Below, piece by piece: positions 1-8,010 of a stretch of DNA of 48,872 nt. The notes beneath the pieces are model-generated. The model did no database searches and was not told where the DNA came from. It was given only the letters and a program-made list of their open reading frames with translations. The first letter of the stretch is position 1; every line of letters begins with the position of its first letter. This DNA is from a virus. Taxonomy: Duplodnaviria > Caudoviricetes. The stretch spans positions 1 through 48,872 of IMG/VR virus record IMGVR_UViG_3300014161_000005; one strand, written 5' to 3'. The translations under genes were made by a program, and so were the position numbers.

Positions 1-25
1 ACATCGACTGGCTGAGTTCTACGCA

Positions 26-235
26 TCACTTAGACGAAGGCATTCGCCCCGAAGCGTTAGCCGTTCCAAGTTTCGAAGACGAAGAGAAAAGCAGGCAGCA
101 TGAGGTGCAAGTGAGGTACTTTGGGTAGTGGGTCAGTCTGAAATTTAGACGCTTATTCCCATCTACCCGCCTCAACCGCTCCAGATCCGCACCGGTTAAC
201 CGGATGCGGCCAAGATGCCCGATCTTGACGGTCAT
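26..235 (-). CDS. Hypothetical protein, probably truncated or chimeric after ~residue 23
   Basis: ATGA-coupled to 232..900. The N-terminus looks like a phage gene; the remainder looks like read-through into unrelated DNA. Confidence 0.35.
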   Translation of the reverse strand: MTVKIGHLGRIRLTGADLERLRRVDGNKRLNFRLTHYPKYLTCTSCCLLFSSSSKLGTANASGRMPSSK

Positions 236-900
236 GCGGTCTGCTCCCCGGCTTTCATCCGTTCATAGAGTAGTTGGTTCCCAGGGTCATCTAAATAGTT
301 AATAGCTATTGCTTTCATCGCCTCCGCCCGGTTGTGGCACTCGTCGATTACCATAGCCATTTCGATAGCGCGTTCAAATTCGTCGACGTCCTCCACCGAC
401 GCCATCGCCATCGGCTTGGCGGTTTCAAGGTGCTGGTCATGCTTGCGATTGAGTTCTTCGACGAATTGCTTTTCTGATAGGCACTTGGCATCCTGGATGA
501 CTTCGGGCAGTAATCGAACGTTCGATGAGACTTTTTTCAACTGCTCGATGTTGCAGCGCTTCATCTTTGCAAAATCCTCGTAGGGGACGTCACGACACTC
601 TTTTCTTGCTCTCAGGGCGTCCCGGCAGTATCCCCACGAGCGCGGCAGGGTATCCTTCAGCCATTTGTCAAAACTCTGGTAGTAGTCGCCAAACTCCTCG
701 TCCATGATGAACCGAAACAGGTTCCGCTCCTCAATCAAAAGCATCGCTTCCCCGCGTACCGCGAAGGCTTGCTCCTCCACCCTGTCGAGAGACTGTAGAA
801 TCGCCTCCAAAGCCGTTGCCGCTGTTTCGTTGGACTGACACCTGATCGCCATCCAGTCAGGGGTTCTAATCGGTGAGTGTGATATTGCTCCAAGGCTCAT
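232..900 (-). CDS. Hypothetical phage protein (helical, possibly DNA-binding)
   Basis: 222-aa ORF with ATGA overlaps at both ends within the operon. Confidence 0.7.
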   Translation of the reverse strand: MSLGAISHSPIRTPDWMAIRCQSNETAATALEAILQSLDRVEEQAFAVRGEAMLLIEERNLFRFIMDEEFGDYYQSFDKWLKDTLPRSWGYCRDALRARKECRDVPYEDFAKMKRCNIEQLKKVSSNVRLLPEVIQDAKCLSEKQFVEELNRKHDQHLETAKPMAMASVEDVDEFERAIEMAMVIDECHNRAEAMKAIAINYLDDPGNQLLYERMKAGEQTA

Positions 901-1385
901 GGTCGTATTCCTCTCTTTGCAGAAGATTCAATTTTGTCCAGGTTGTCACGGAGAACGGAGATAATTGTAAATCCACTCTCCCCGTCATAAGCCTTATTTA
1001 TTGCAGCTTGGCAGACCGTTAGTAACTGCCTTTGAAGTGACTTGGCCTTCACAATTCGAACCCAGTCCTTCACCGCCGGCCGGTACCGGATCGTATCCGC
1101 CGAAAGGTCCGCAAGGTACGCCACGGGAGTAGCCCCGATGCGTTCCAGTTCCTTGGCCTCCCTCAAAGACTCTGCAAGGGTTACAAGGTCCACCGACTGA
1201 CCACATTCCAGCATCTCGCCGATGTGGGTGTAGATCAGCCGGTGAGAGTCCAGAAAGAAGTCGTCAGCCTCAAGTGAGGTTGTGGCCGCATAGAGTTCAT
1301 TGTCCAGCAGCACGGCCCCAAGAATGGCTTTCTCGGCCTGTACGTTCGCGGGGGGCTCTGGATCGGTCTTGGGCTTGGGGGTCAT
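897..1385 (-). CDS. Stand-alone DnaB helicase N-terminal domain protein
   Basis: PPANVQAEKAILGAVLLD, DDFFLDSHRLIY, VDLVTLAESL and YLADL match the DnaB N-terminal domain. No ATPase domain follows. Confidence 0.85.
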   Translation of the reverse strand: MTPKPKTDPEPPANVQAEKAILGAVLLDNELYAATTSLEADDFFLDSHRLIYTHIGEMLECGQSVDLVTLAESLREAKELERIGATPVAYLADLSADTIRYRPAVKDWVRIVKAKSLQRQLLTVCQAAINKAYDGESGFTIISVLRDNLDKIESSAKRGIRP

Positions 1386-2083
1386 GAATTAACCCCAAAG
1401 TCGAGTACCTCTTGGCTGAGGCGCTTGGCGGCAGCTTCGCAGAACCTTTCGTCAATCTCCATGCCGATAGCGCAATGGCCCATTTTCTTGGCTGCTACCA
1501 GTTCACTTCCCACCCCCGCGAAGGGGACGATTACAGTAGCGTCACCGAATCCGCCATAGTGGATTAGCGGCTCAAGGATTCCAACAGGCTTCTGGGTGGG
1601 ATGCTCCGCCTTCCCGTGCATGGATGCATGATAGTCGATGTTCCCCATGTGCGCTGGACGCTGTTTCCGCCTAACCGTCTTTGCCGTCGCATCGGGAGTT
1701 GTCGGGACGTAGAATTTCAAGTCTCCCCACGGACCACGGTAGAAGTGGCAGATGGATTCATGGACACGCCTGAATCGATCAGCATGGAAACTAGATCCAT
1801 TGTGCTTCTCCCAAACTAAGTCTTGGGAAAAATGCCAGCCACCAGCGCTAAACCATTCCGCGTGCTCCATAAACATACGCATCGACCCAAAGCACCAAAG
1901 AGAGCGTACGCATGCGGGTATATAAGTCAGCCACTCGCCATGCCATTGGTCCCATTCAAGACTCGTCTGACCGTAAGGGGGATCTGCCAACACGAGCGAG
2001 TTGGGAATGCCGAGAGACGGCAATACGTCCCGGCAATCGGCATGGTAGAGAAGGATTGATCCATCACTAAAATAGGGCCTCAC
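1382..2083 (-). CDS. Orphan DNA methyltransferase (N6A/N4C, beta class)
   Basis: DPPY (motif IV) precedes HPTQKP and PFAGVGS (motif I). GTG start at 2083 overlaps the upstream TGA. Confidence 0.9.
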   Translation of the reverse strand: MRPYFSDGSILLYHADCRDVLPSLGIPNSLVLADPPYGQTSLEWDQWHGEWLTYIPACVRSLWCFGSMRMFMEHAEWFSAGGWHFSQDLVWEKHNGSSFHADRFRRVHESICHFYRGPWGDLKFYVPTTPDATAKTVRRKQRPAHMGNIDYHASMHGKAEHPTQKPVGILEPLIHYGGFGDATVIVPFAGVGSELVAAKKMGHCAIGMEIDERFCEAAAKRLSQEVLDFGVNS

Positions 2084-2265
2084 AGTCCAGCTCGCTCTCT
2101 TGCCGAACGCCGCTTCCGGTCGTCTAAGCATTTCTGGCAGAGCACATGCCCCGGTACCCTCTTCTTGGCGCAGTCTACACAGCGCCTCATTTCCCTCAGC
2201 CTTTCGCGGCGCTTCTTTAGGGCTTGCCGCACTTGCGCTCGTTTCACTTCGATAGGCACTGTCAT
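2080..2265 (-). CDS. Small Arg-rich protein with CxxC...CxxC (possible Zn finger)
   Basis: CVDC...CQKC; coupled to both neighbours. Confidence 0.6.
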   Translation of the reverse strand: MTVPIEVKRAQVRQALKKRRERLREMRRCVDCAKKRVPGHVLCQKCLDDRKRRSARERAGL

Positions 2266-4904
2266 GCTCGCCTCTTCTCCATCATCTTGACGTCGATTGC
2301 GTGGGATAATTGGCCCTTCGTCGTCCCCGGTGGGACAACGATCTTCAGCACCCGAGCCAGCCCTAACTGCTTCTCTGTTGGTGGGTCATGGTGCCATCGA
2401 GAGTCCCTAGCCAGTATCGGCTTGATGCCGCCATGCTCCAAAACGAAACGGTCGGCGATATTCATGGCGCCAGGCAGGTTTTGTGCGGAGAAATCTGCGA
2501 CTGCTTCGCCCACCTTGCCCCGCACCTGCCACTCTTCCCGTAAGTCTTTTGTGATGGTCACGAGATCCCGGTTGACAGCCAGCATGTAGCCTTCCGCCGA
2601 CTTTCTCCAGCCCAGTTCCGATAGCCGCGCAATTTCCGGTGGGTAGTTTGGCTGGAACAGTTGAATGTTCTCCGCGATCGACTTCAGATCGTTCAGGCTC
2701 TTGATGTCCTGAATGTTCGCTGTCGGAAACTCCGCCGCCATGCGGTCAATCCGCTCCCTCGCCTTCGAGTACTTCTCGCCCTTCAGGTCAAGGTCTTTCG
2801 GCAAGCCGAGCAGCGTGGAGATAGTAGTCAGGGAGTGCTTCTTGCAGTTATCGACGACATCAATAACGGTGCATTCACTTTTTCCGGGCGAGATGCGAGT
2901 GCCCCGGCCGACTTGCTGGACGTACCGCAGTTCCGACTTCGTGGGAGCCGCTGAGATGATGCACTGAATTTCCGGGTCGTCGTAGCCTATGGAGTTTCCC
3001 GTCACCACCACCTTTCCGTTTCGCCGGGTGATGATATTGTGGCTATCGGTGGTAACGCACCAAACCATCTCTTCGGTGTGCGGCTCGTGGATAATGGGAG
3101 TCTTGCAGGAAAGCGTGATGCGCTTCCCCTTAATCATCCTGAGCCCCCATTGCGTGTTGTGGTTTTCTTTACGGGCCGGAATCTCTGTTACCGTGCAGCG
3201 CCAGCCGCGCACCGAACCGATGGCGCAAAGGAGTTCAATCCACGGCTTTTTAGTGTCGGCAAAGTAGAGACTATTCGGCCTTCCCTTTGTAGCCTGTCCG
3301 TGCGACCCATCGCCGTACCAGTAGCCTTCCACCAGGGCATCGAATTGCGCTTCATTCAACCCCCAAAGAAGTTCTGTCCCCTCCGTCACGATGGATGGAT
3401 AGGTAGTGGACTGGCAGAGAGTGTACGCCACCCCTCCCCCTTTCCTGTTTCTGGCGACCGAGCCATCTGCAACCCAAAAACCGATTAGACGGCACTCGTC
3501 TTCGCTCAATTCCGAAGGGTCTTTCCATCGCAGAGATCGCCGTGCCTCCTCTCTCTTCTTTGCCTCACGAAACGATTCAGCATACTCGTACCCTGCAAGG
3601 TTGCGAAGGTTGTAGGCGTTGGCGGATATGCGCCGCGCTGAATTGACCGGCTTCCCCTCCCGGTTCACCTTCATAGGAAACGGGCGAGCGAGTCCATTGG
3701 TGGGAAGGCTGTCTCTGTTGGTCAGGTTATCCGCCGCGATTTTCTTCCAGTTCTTTCTTGCCTCTCCGCATGACACCACCATCCTGTGATTATTGGTGAC
3801 TCTCAGGTTGACGGTCTTCGACTGGACAGAAATCATGTGCTCATCTGCCGCGAGAGGGCGAACTAAGATGGCTTGGGGCTTCTTAAAGAAGACTTCTCCA
3901 TTGAAACACCAGTTTGCAACCCGGCGATCGAACGTCATCTCGTTGTACTTCGTCCATCCCCGGTCGGTCAAAATCTCCGTCTCGGTGTCGAGGCAAAGAA
4001 CGTTGCAGTTACAGAGAACATTGAACTCGCCTGTCTTGTGACCGCGAATCTTCTGGTGGCGGTCTGGGTCGTCTCCCCAGACTGCCTGCGCGGGTTCCCC
4101 ATGAGCAGTGAACGCCGCCGCAAGGTCTAGGGCGTGTTGCACGTCGACGGTGAAAGCTAGGGTCCGTTTCCCGTAGGCGATCTTGTACCACTCCTTCACG
4201 ATGATGGCGTTCCGCTCTGGAGTGTTGACAGACTTCTCTAGCTCGTCCTGCGCGAAGTCTCCCATCCGTGTCTTGATGCCGTCGAGCTTCGCCTTGCCGT
4301 CTACCCGGTAGCCCACCAGATCGCAGAGCCAGCCATCGGCTATGCCTTTCTGGATGCCCATGTCGAACACAATCACATCGAACAATTCCCGTAGCCCTTT
4401 CCCATCGGCCCGGTTTGGGGTTGCGGTGATGCCAAGAAACAGGATGCCGTCAGGGTTTGGCTCTAGCAATCCGAAATGGTCGTAAACCCGCTTGAAGCTA
4501 TCCGAGGGCGACAGGTGAGCTTCATCCTGTATCAAGCAGTCGAAGTCGAAGGGATCAAATCTCCGGATACGGTCTGACCCTTTCCGGCCCAGTGTCGGCA
4601 CCGAGGCCACGATCACGTCTGGAGGGTAGAGGCCATCCATGTCCACCCAACTCCCGGCCATTTCCACGCCCACACGAAGACTTGGATTCCACCGCTGCAT
4701 GGCCGTTGCCGCCTGCACCGCGAGGGTTTCCATGTGACAGCAAAACATAAGTTTTTTATGAAACCCATGATGGGATCGAATGTTTGCGGCTATCGCGGTT
4801 TTTCCTAATCCGGTACTCAAGACGGCTAGTTGCCGATTTAATCCCTTTTCGTAGTGCTCAAGGGATCGGTCCAAGCAGTCAATTTGATAGTCGCGCAATG
4901 GCAT
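2262..4904 (-). CDS. Superfamily 2 (DExH, ResIII/IRC3-like) helicase, intein-containing
   Basis: LRDYQ Q-motif, STGLGKT Walker A, DEAH, TAT motif III and QQVGRGTR motif VI. Confidence 0.92.
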   Translation of the reverse strand: MPLRDYQIDCLDRSLEHYEKGLNRQLAVLSTGLGKTAIAANIRSHHGFHKKLMFCCHMETLAVQAATAMQRWNPSLRVGVEMAGSWVDMDGLYPPDVIVASVPTLGRKGSDRIRRFDPFDFDCLIQDEAHLSPSDSFKRVYDHFGLLEPNPDGILFLGITATPNRADGKGLRELFDVIVFDMGIQKGIADGWLCDLVGYRVDGKAKLDGIKTRMGDFAQDELEKSVNTPERNAIIVKEWYKIAYGKRTLAFTVDVQHALDLAAAFTAHGEPAQAVWGDDPDRHQKIRGHKTGEFNVLCNCNVLCLDTETEILTDRGWTKYNEMTFDRRVANWCFNGEVFFKKPQAILVRPLAADEHMISVQSKTVNLRVTNNHRMVVSCGEARKNWKKIAADNLTNRDSLPTNGLARPFPMKVNREGKPVNSARRISANAYNLRNLAGYEYAESFREAKKREEARRSLRWKDPSELSEDECRLIGFWVADGSVARNRKGGGVAYTLCQSTTYPSIVTEGTELLWGLNEAQFDALVEGYWYGDGSHGQATKGRPNSLYFADTKKPWIELLCAIGSVRGWRCTVTEIPARKENHNTQWGLRMIKGKRITLSCKTPIIHEPHTEEMVWCVTTDSHNIITRRNGKVVVTGNSIGYDDPEIQCIISAAPTKSELRYVQQVGRGTRISPGKSECTVIDVVDNCKKHSLTTISTLLGLPKDLDLKGEKYSKARERIDRMAAEFPTANIQDIKSLNDLKSIAENIQLFQPNYPPEIARLSELGWRKSAEGYMLAVNRDLVTITKDLREEWQVRGKVGEAVADFSAQNLPGAMNIADRFVLEHGGIKPILARDSRWHHDPPTEKQLGLARVLKIVVPPGTTKGQLSHAIDVKMMEKRRA
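2994..3995 (-). mobile_element. Intein (334 aa) with a degenerate LAGLIDADG endonuclease, in helicase motif V
   Basis: Starts CLDTETEILTDRGW and ends RRNGKVVVTGN|S. LIGFWVADG and VEGYWYGDG motifs are present. Exteins rejoin as NCNVL-SIGYDDP. Confidence 0.92.
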
Positions 4905-5113
4905 TAGTTTTTCCTGAAGGAGTCTTGTTCAGGGCATGTCGCCCAGTGTGCCGTGGCGGTTGCGGTTCCACGGTCCATGATGTTCATGGGAATCTTCTTG
5001 CCTGATGGAGTGATCCACCATTCCAGATCGTCCCCGCATCCTCGGCAGGTTGCGTGATTGTCGAACTTGTAACCTGCCGAGGTCATCTCATCCAGCGTCT
5101 TTGGAAAGGCCAT
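4904..5113 (-). CDS. Small Zn-binding phage protein
   Basis: CRGCG...TPSGKKIPM...HWATCP pattern; GAGGGAG RBS before ATG 5113. Confidence 0.7.
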   Translation of the reverse strand: MAFPKTLDEMTSAGYKFDNHATCRGCGDDLEWWITPSGKKIPMNIMDRGTATATAHWATCPEQDSFRKN

Positions 5114-5182
5114 CGTCTCCCTCATCGTCCATCTCGAACATGTTGATGCCGATACCCCATGATGTTCGGGTTATGTGCATCG

Positions 5183-5335
5183 TCACTTCGCCCTTGTCGT
5201 CAGTGACGGTTTCACAGCGATTGCCGCGCACATTGCGTTCCCCGGCATCCCACCGCTATCGGCAACGTCAACGATGGCCCACTGGCCCTGCGTCAAGGGA
5301 ATGAGGCGGTACAATACTTCTGATAGGGTTGTCAT
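5183..5335 (-). pseudogene. N-terminal remnant of an HNH(-AP2) homing endonuclease
   Basis: LIPLTQGQWAIVD is the typical HNH-AP2 N-terminus, but no HNH motif follows. AAGGAG RBS. Confidence 0.7.
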
Positions 5336-5396
5336 GAATCGCTCCTTATAGCGGTTTAGGCTTCGCCGGGGCAGCAACCCCGACAACCCTATTTTA
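5321..5396 (-). promoter_or_regulatory. -10 box plus start-codon-sequestering leader of the HNH remnant
   Basis: TAAAAT at 5391-5396; 11-bp inverted repeat 5323-5333/5382-5392; inner hairpin GTCGGGG-TTGCTG-CCCCGGC. Confidence 0.6.
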
Positions 5397-5401
5397 CCAT
5401 C

Positions 5402-6175
5402 TCATCCAACAATCGTTTGTTTTGACCAGACTCTTATTGCCCCCGGTGCACCGCATAACGTTTCCGCACTCCGATGCATGCCTCTCACTATTTTTCCAAT
5501 CGCGACTTCATCGACACGGATGAACTCGGGCTTGAGGAGTGTCCAGTCTTTTACTTCGAAATCCCACGCCGTCCTGAAGCTGGTTCCGCTGACTTGGGGC
5601 ACGGTCGACGGCAACACCACGGGAGCCACTTCGACGTTGACAGCCTCTTCGAGAATGGCTTCCGCTGCCTCAGATTGCCCTGCTGCCGCCGCTTGACGTG
5701 CTTCCTCGATCAATCGGGCCTGTTCGCGCTCGTAGGCTTCCTGCTGGGCCTTCTGAGCGGCTTCCCGGCGCTTGCGCTCCTCTTCGGCCGCGAACTGCTC
5801 ACGCTCACCCTTGAGGCGCTTCTGCTCGCCTTCGATGGGAGCCAGGACTTTGGCCCGGTACGACGTCACTGCCCGGTGGAGTTTGAACAGTCTGTCGGCG
5901 TAGGGGTCAAGTATCTCGCCGATGTCCTCAGCCACAGACCTAAGCGCTGCCACTTGCTCAGTTGCCGCAACGTAGGCATCGGCATCGGCCACAACGATCT
6001 TGCCGGTATTATCTCTCTTGAAGACGGTGATCTCTTTGGCTTGCGTCACGAGGGCATCCCTCATGGCGCAGTTGGTTGTGAGTTCAGGTATCAAGTCGAA
6101 GATTTGCTCGATGCTCGCCGCAATGTCCAACTGAAGGACTTCGGCTTGGGTTTGCAGAGTAATCGCGGTCTCCAT
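5402..6175 (-). CDS. Coiled-coil phage protein of recombination modules
   Basis: 257 aa with an Ala/Glu/Arg coiled coil and C-terminal WDFEVKD...EFIRVDE. Confidence 0.75.
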   Translation of the reverse strand: METAITLQTQAEVLQLDIAASIEQIFDLIPELTTNCAMRDALVTQAKEITVFKRDNTGKIVVADADAYVAATEQVAALRSVAEDIGEILDPYADRLFKLHRAVTSYRAKVLAPIEGEQKRLKGEREQFAAEEERKRREAAQKAQQEAYEREQARLIEEARQAAAAGQSEAAEAILEEAVNVEVAPVVLPSTVPQVSGTSFRTAWDFEVKDWTLLKPEFIRVDEVAIGKIVRGMHRSAETLCGAPGAIRVWSKQTIVG

Positions 6176-6179
6176 GCGT

Positions 6180-7310
6180 TCAACCTTTCATCAGTTTGTT
6201 GTTGATTCGTGCTTGGGTGAGCATCAGCGCTGCAAGGAATAGCTTTTCGTCATTGCGTTCCTCGTGCTGCTGTGCGAAGTAGAGCTTGCCTGCCCCTTTG
6301 GGCTTGTCGAGCAGGTACACGGCGTAGCGTTTAATCGGCACTGAACCATCGCCACGGAACGGAAGCGCCTGCCCCGCCGTCTGGATTTGATGAGAGAACT
6401 CCCGGTCACAGCATGTCTTGATTTCGACGACTGCATGGACCTGAGCCGTTGCCGGCCCGATAGTCCCGAACCGATCAATCGTCATGGCATAGGTCATGCC
6501 GTTGACTTTGACGGCGCAAGGAACTTCGCACCAGCTCAGGTCCATGCAAAAGTTGAAGTCGTCACAGAACTGATTCCAGCCGTTGATGCGCGGTCCATAG
6601 GTCGGATGAGCCTTTAGGGTCACAAGGTCTTCCGGTTCCAGTTCACCCTGATCCATCCACTTGGTATATTCGTGGACTTTGGTTCCAAACTTCGCCTTGT
6701 TCGCCAGCACGTCAGGCTGTACGGCTGAGTAGTCTACGAGTCCAGCCGCATCGAGTATCTGGGTAAGGCTGATTAGCCGCTTGCCGTCCAGCACATACTT
6801 GTGGCCGTCTTCCTCGAATGTCAGGCCGTTCTCTGCGCGATAGAGTTCCACTAGCCTACCTCCTTCTCCCGGGCGGATAACATCGCATCGGCCATTTGGT
6901 AACTGAGCCGCGCTACCGCCTGGTCGTTCGCTGCCGCCGATGGGCTTCGAATCGCCGACAAGATGATCTTCATGACCTCGATTGCTATCTCGTCCCGCAG
7001 TGTCTTGTATGTTGGTAGAAGTTGAACTTCGCCCTGCGCTTGCTGGAACTTCATATCCTTCTGGCTCATTCCGATCCTGTCCATCGCTCACCTTCTCCGG
7101 CTTCTCTACCGGATACTTTCCTTTGACCGTTAACATGAACTGCCGATCTGGATACAAAGAACGACAGAGCTTCACGAATACATCTTCGGGAACCCCGATG
7201 TACCTGTAGGTGCCTGAAGTCTTGAACTGAACGGCAAGGATTCCAGCCACAGGATCGTATCCTGCCGCAACGATGTTTTTCGCATGGAATCCCAGCCGAC
7301 GCATTTCCAT
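6180..7310 (-). CDS. KTSC domain fused in frame to a PD-(D/E)XK exonuclease-like domain (possible internal GTG start at 6851)
   Basis: N-terminal NIVAAGYDPVAGILAVQFK..GTYRYIGVP matches KTSC. The C-terminal part has FEEDGHKY..SLTQIL, GTKVH, TIDR, VEIKT and QTAGQ. Confidence 0.8.
   Translation of the reverse strand: MEMRRLGFHAKNIVAAGYDPVAGILAVQFKTSGTYRYIGVPEDVFVKLCRSLYPDRQFMLTVKGKYPVEKPEKVSDGQDRNEPEGYEVPASAGRSSTSTNIQDTAGRDSNRGHEDHLVGDSKPIGGSERPGGSAAQLPNGRCDVIRPGEGGRLVELYRAENGLTFEEDGHKYVLDGKRLISLTQILDAAGLVDYSAVQPDVLANKAKFGTKVHEYTKWMDQGELEPEDLVTLKAHPTYGPRINGWNQFCDDFNFCMDLSWCEVPCAVKVNGMTYAMTIDRFGTIGPATAQVHAVVEIKTCCDREFSHQIQTAGQALPFRGDGSVPIKRYAVYLLDKPKGAGKLYFAQQHEERNDEKLFLAALMLTQARINNKLMKG
6851..7084 (-). 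CDS. Small phage protein overlapping the KTSC-nuclease linker in another frame
   Basis: TLRDEIA...SYQMADAMLSAR is a common phage small-protein pattern. GAAGGTG RBS; TAG overlaps the GTG at 6851. Confidence 0.65.
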   Translation of the reverse strand: MDRIGMSQKDMKFQQAQGEVQLLPTYKTLRDEIAIEVMKIILSAIRSPSAAANDQAVARLSYQMADAMLSAREKEVG

Positions 7311-7336
7311 TTCACTTCCTCTGAGTCCACTGCATG

Positions 7337-7675
7337 TCACGACCCCTTGATGACCGTGCTTCCGGCCTTGATGGTGTCGATGCCGTGATCGTCCATGAAT
7401 CCAGCAATCGCGCCCTTGATGCCGGGAAGCGTCTCTGGTTCGATCTTCATGAAAGGGTACTTGTCGGGTTGGCTCTTGATGTGCTCCCCGAAGAACTTAC
7501 CGACGCTGATGGCGTTGACCAGTCCAGAGTGAAGCTCAGGGCTGACGTTGGCGTAGTGGTACTCGGTGATGGGAAGACCTTTCTTCCACGACTTGAAGCG
7601 GATTCCGAGCGTGGACGTTTCCTCGTCGTATCCGACTTCGCTGATTTGCGAACTGTCTACTGCTTTCCAATTCAT
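7337..7675 (-). CDS. KTSC domain protein
   Basis: VDSSQISEVGYDEETSTLGIRF...YHYANVSPELHSGLVNAISVGKFF. Confidence 0.9.
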   Translation of the reverse strand: MNWKAVDSSQISEVGYDEETSTLGIRFKSWKKGLPITEYHYANVSPELHSGLVNAISVGKFFGEHIKSQPDKYPFMKIEPETLPGIKGAIAGFMDDHGIDTIKAGSTVIKGS

Positions 7676-8004
7676 CGCGGGTGTTCCTTTCAGAATGGCA
7701 TGTCGTCGTTTTTCACGGCGACGGGTTGAGGCTTCGGTTCGGGAGCGGGTTCGGGGATGGCTTCCAGCTCCGGTTCAAAGATGGCCGAGAGCAAAGCGCC
7801 AGCCGCTGAATCATCCAACTTCGGGACGATCTCATTTGCGGATTCACGGCACGGCTTCTTGCCATAGGAGCTGTGGTAAGTATGGTCGCATACCTTCTCG
7901 TGAAGATATGCCTCGAAGCGGTTCAGTAACTCCGCTTGCCTATCGGTGATTGCCGTTCCTTCGACAACCTTTCCGTCTTCGGTAATGAACTTCATCGCGG
8001 GTGT
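7671..8004. repeat. 14-bp direct repeat TTCATCGCGGGTGT at two consecutive translation starts
   Basis: Copies at 7671-7684 and 7991-8004; on the minus strand both read AAAGGA(A)CACCCGCG-ATG-AA. Confidence 0.85.
7690..7995 (-). CDS. Hypothetical protein with an SSB-like acidic C-terminal tail (DDMPF)
   Basis: Pro/Glu linker ending NDDMPF; AAAGGA RBS. Confidence 0.75.
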   Translation of the reverse strand: MKFITEDGKVVEGTAITDRQAELLNRFEAYLHEKVCDHTYHSSYGKKPCRESANEIVPKLDDSAAGALLSAIFEPELEAIPEPAPEPKPQPVAVKNDDMPF

Positions 8005-8010
8005 CCTTTC

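Noticed and set aside
1382-2083. Restriction-modification system with the ResIII-like helicase
   Set aside because: The helicase lacks a nuclease domain, and orphan MTases are typical of phage replication arms.
7310-7339. Stop-codon readthrough or recoding at the KTSC TGA
   Set aside because: The frame stays open briefly, but TGA, TAG and TAA all act as normal coupled stops across the genome.
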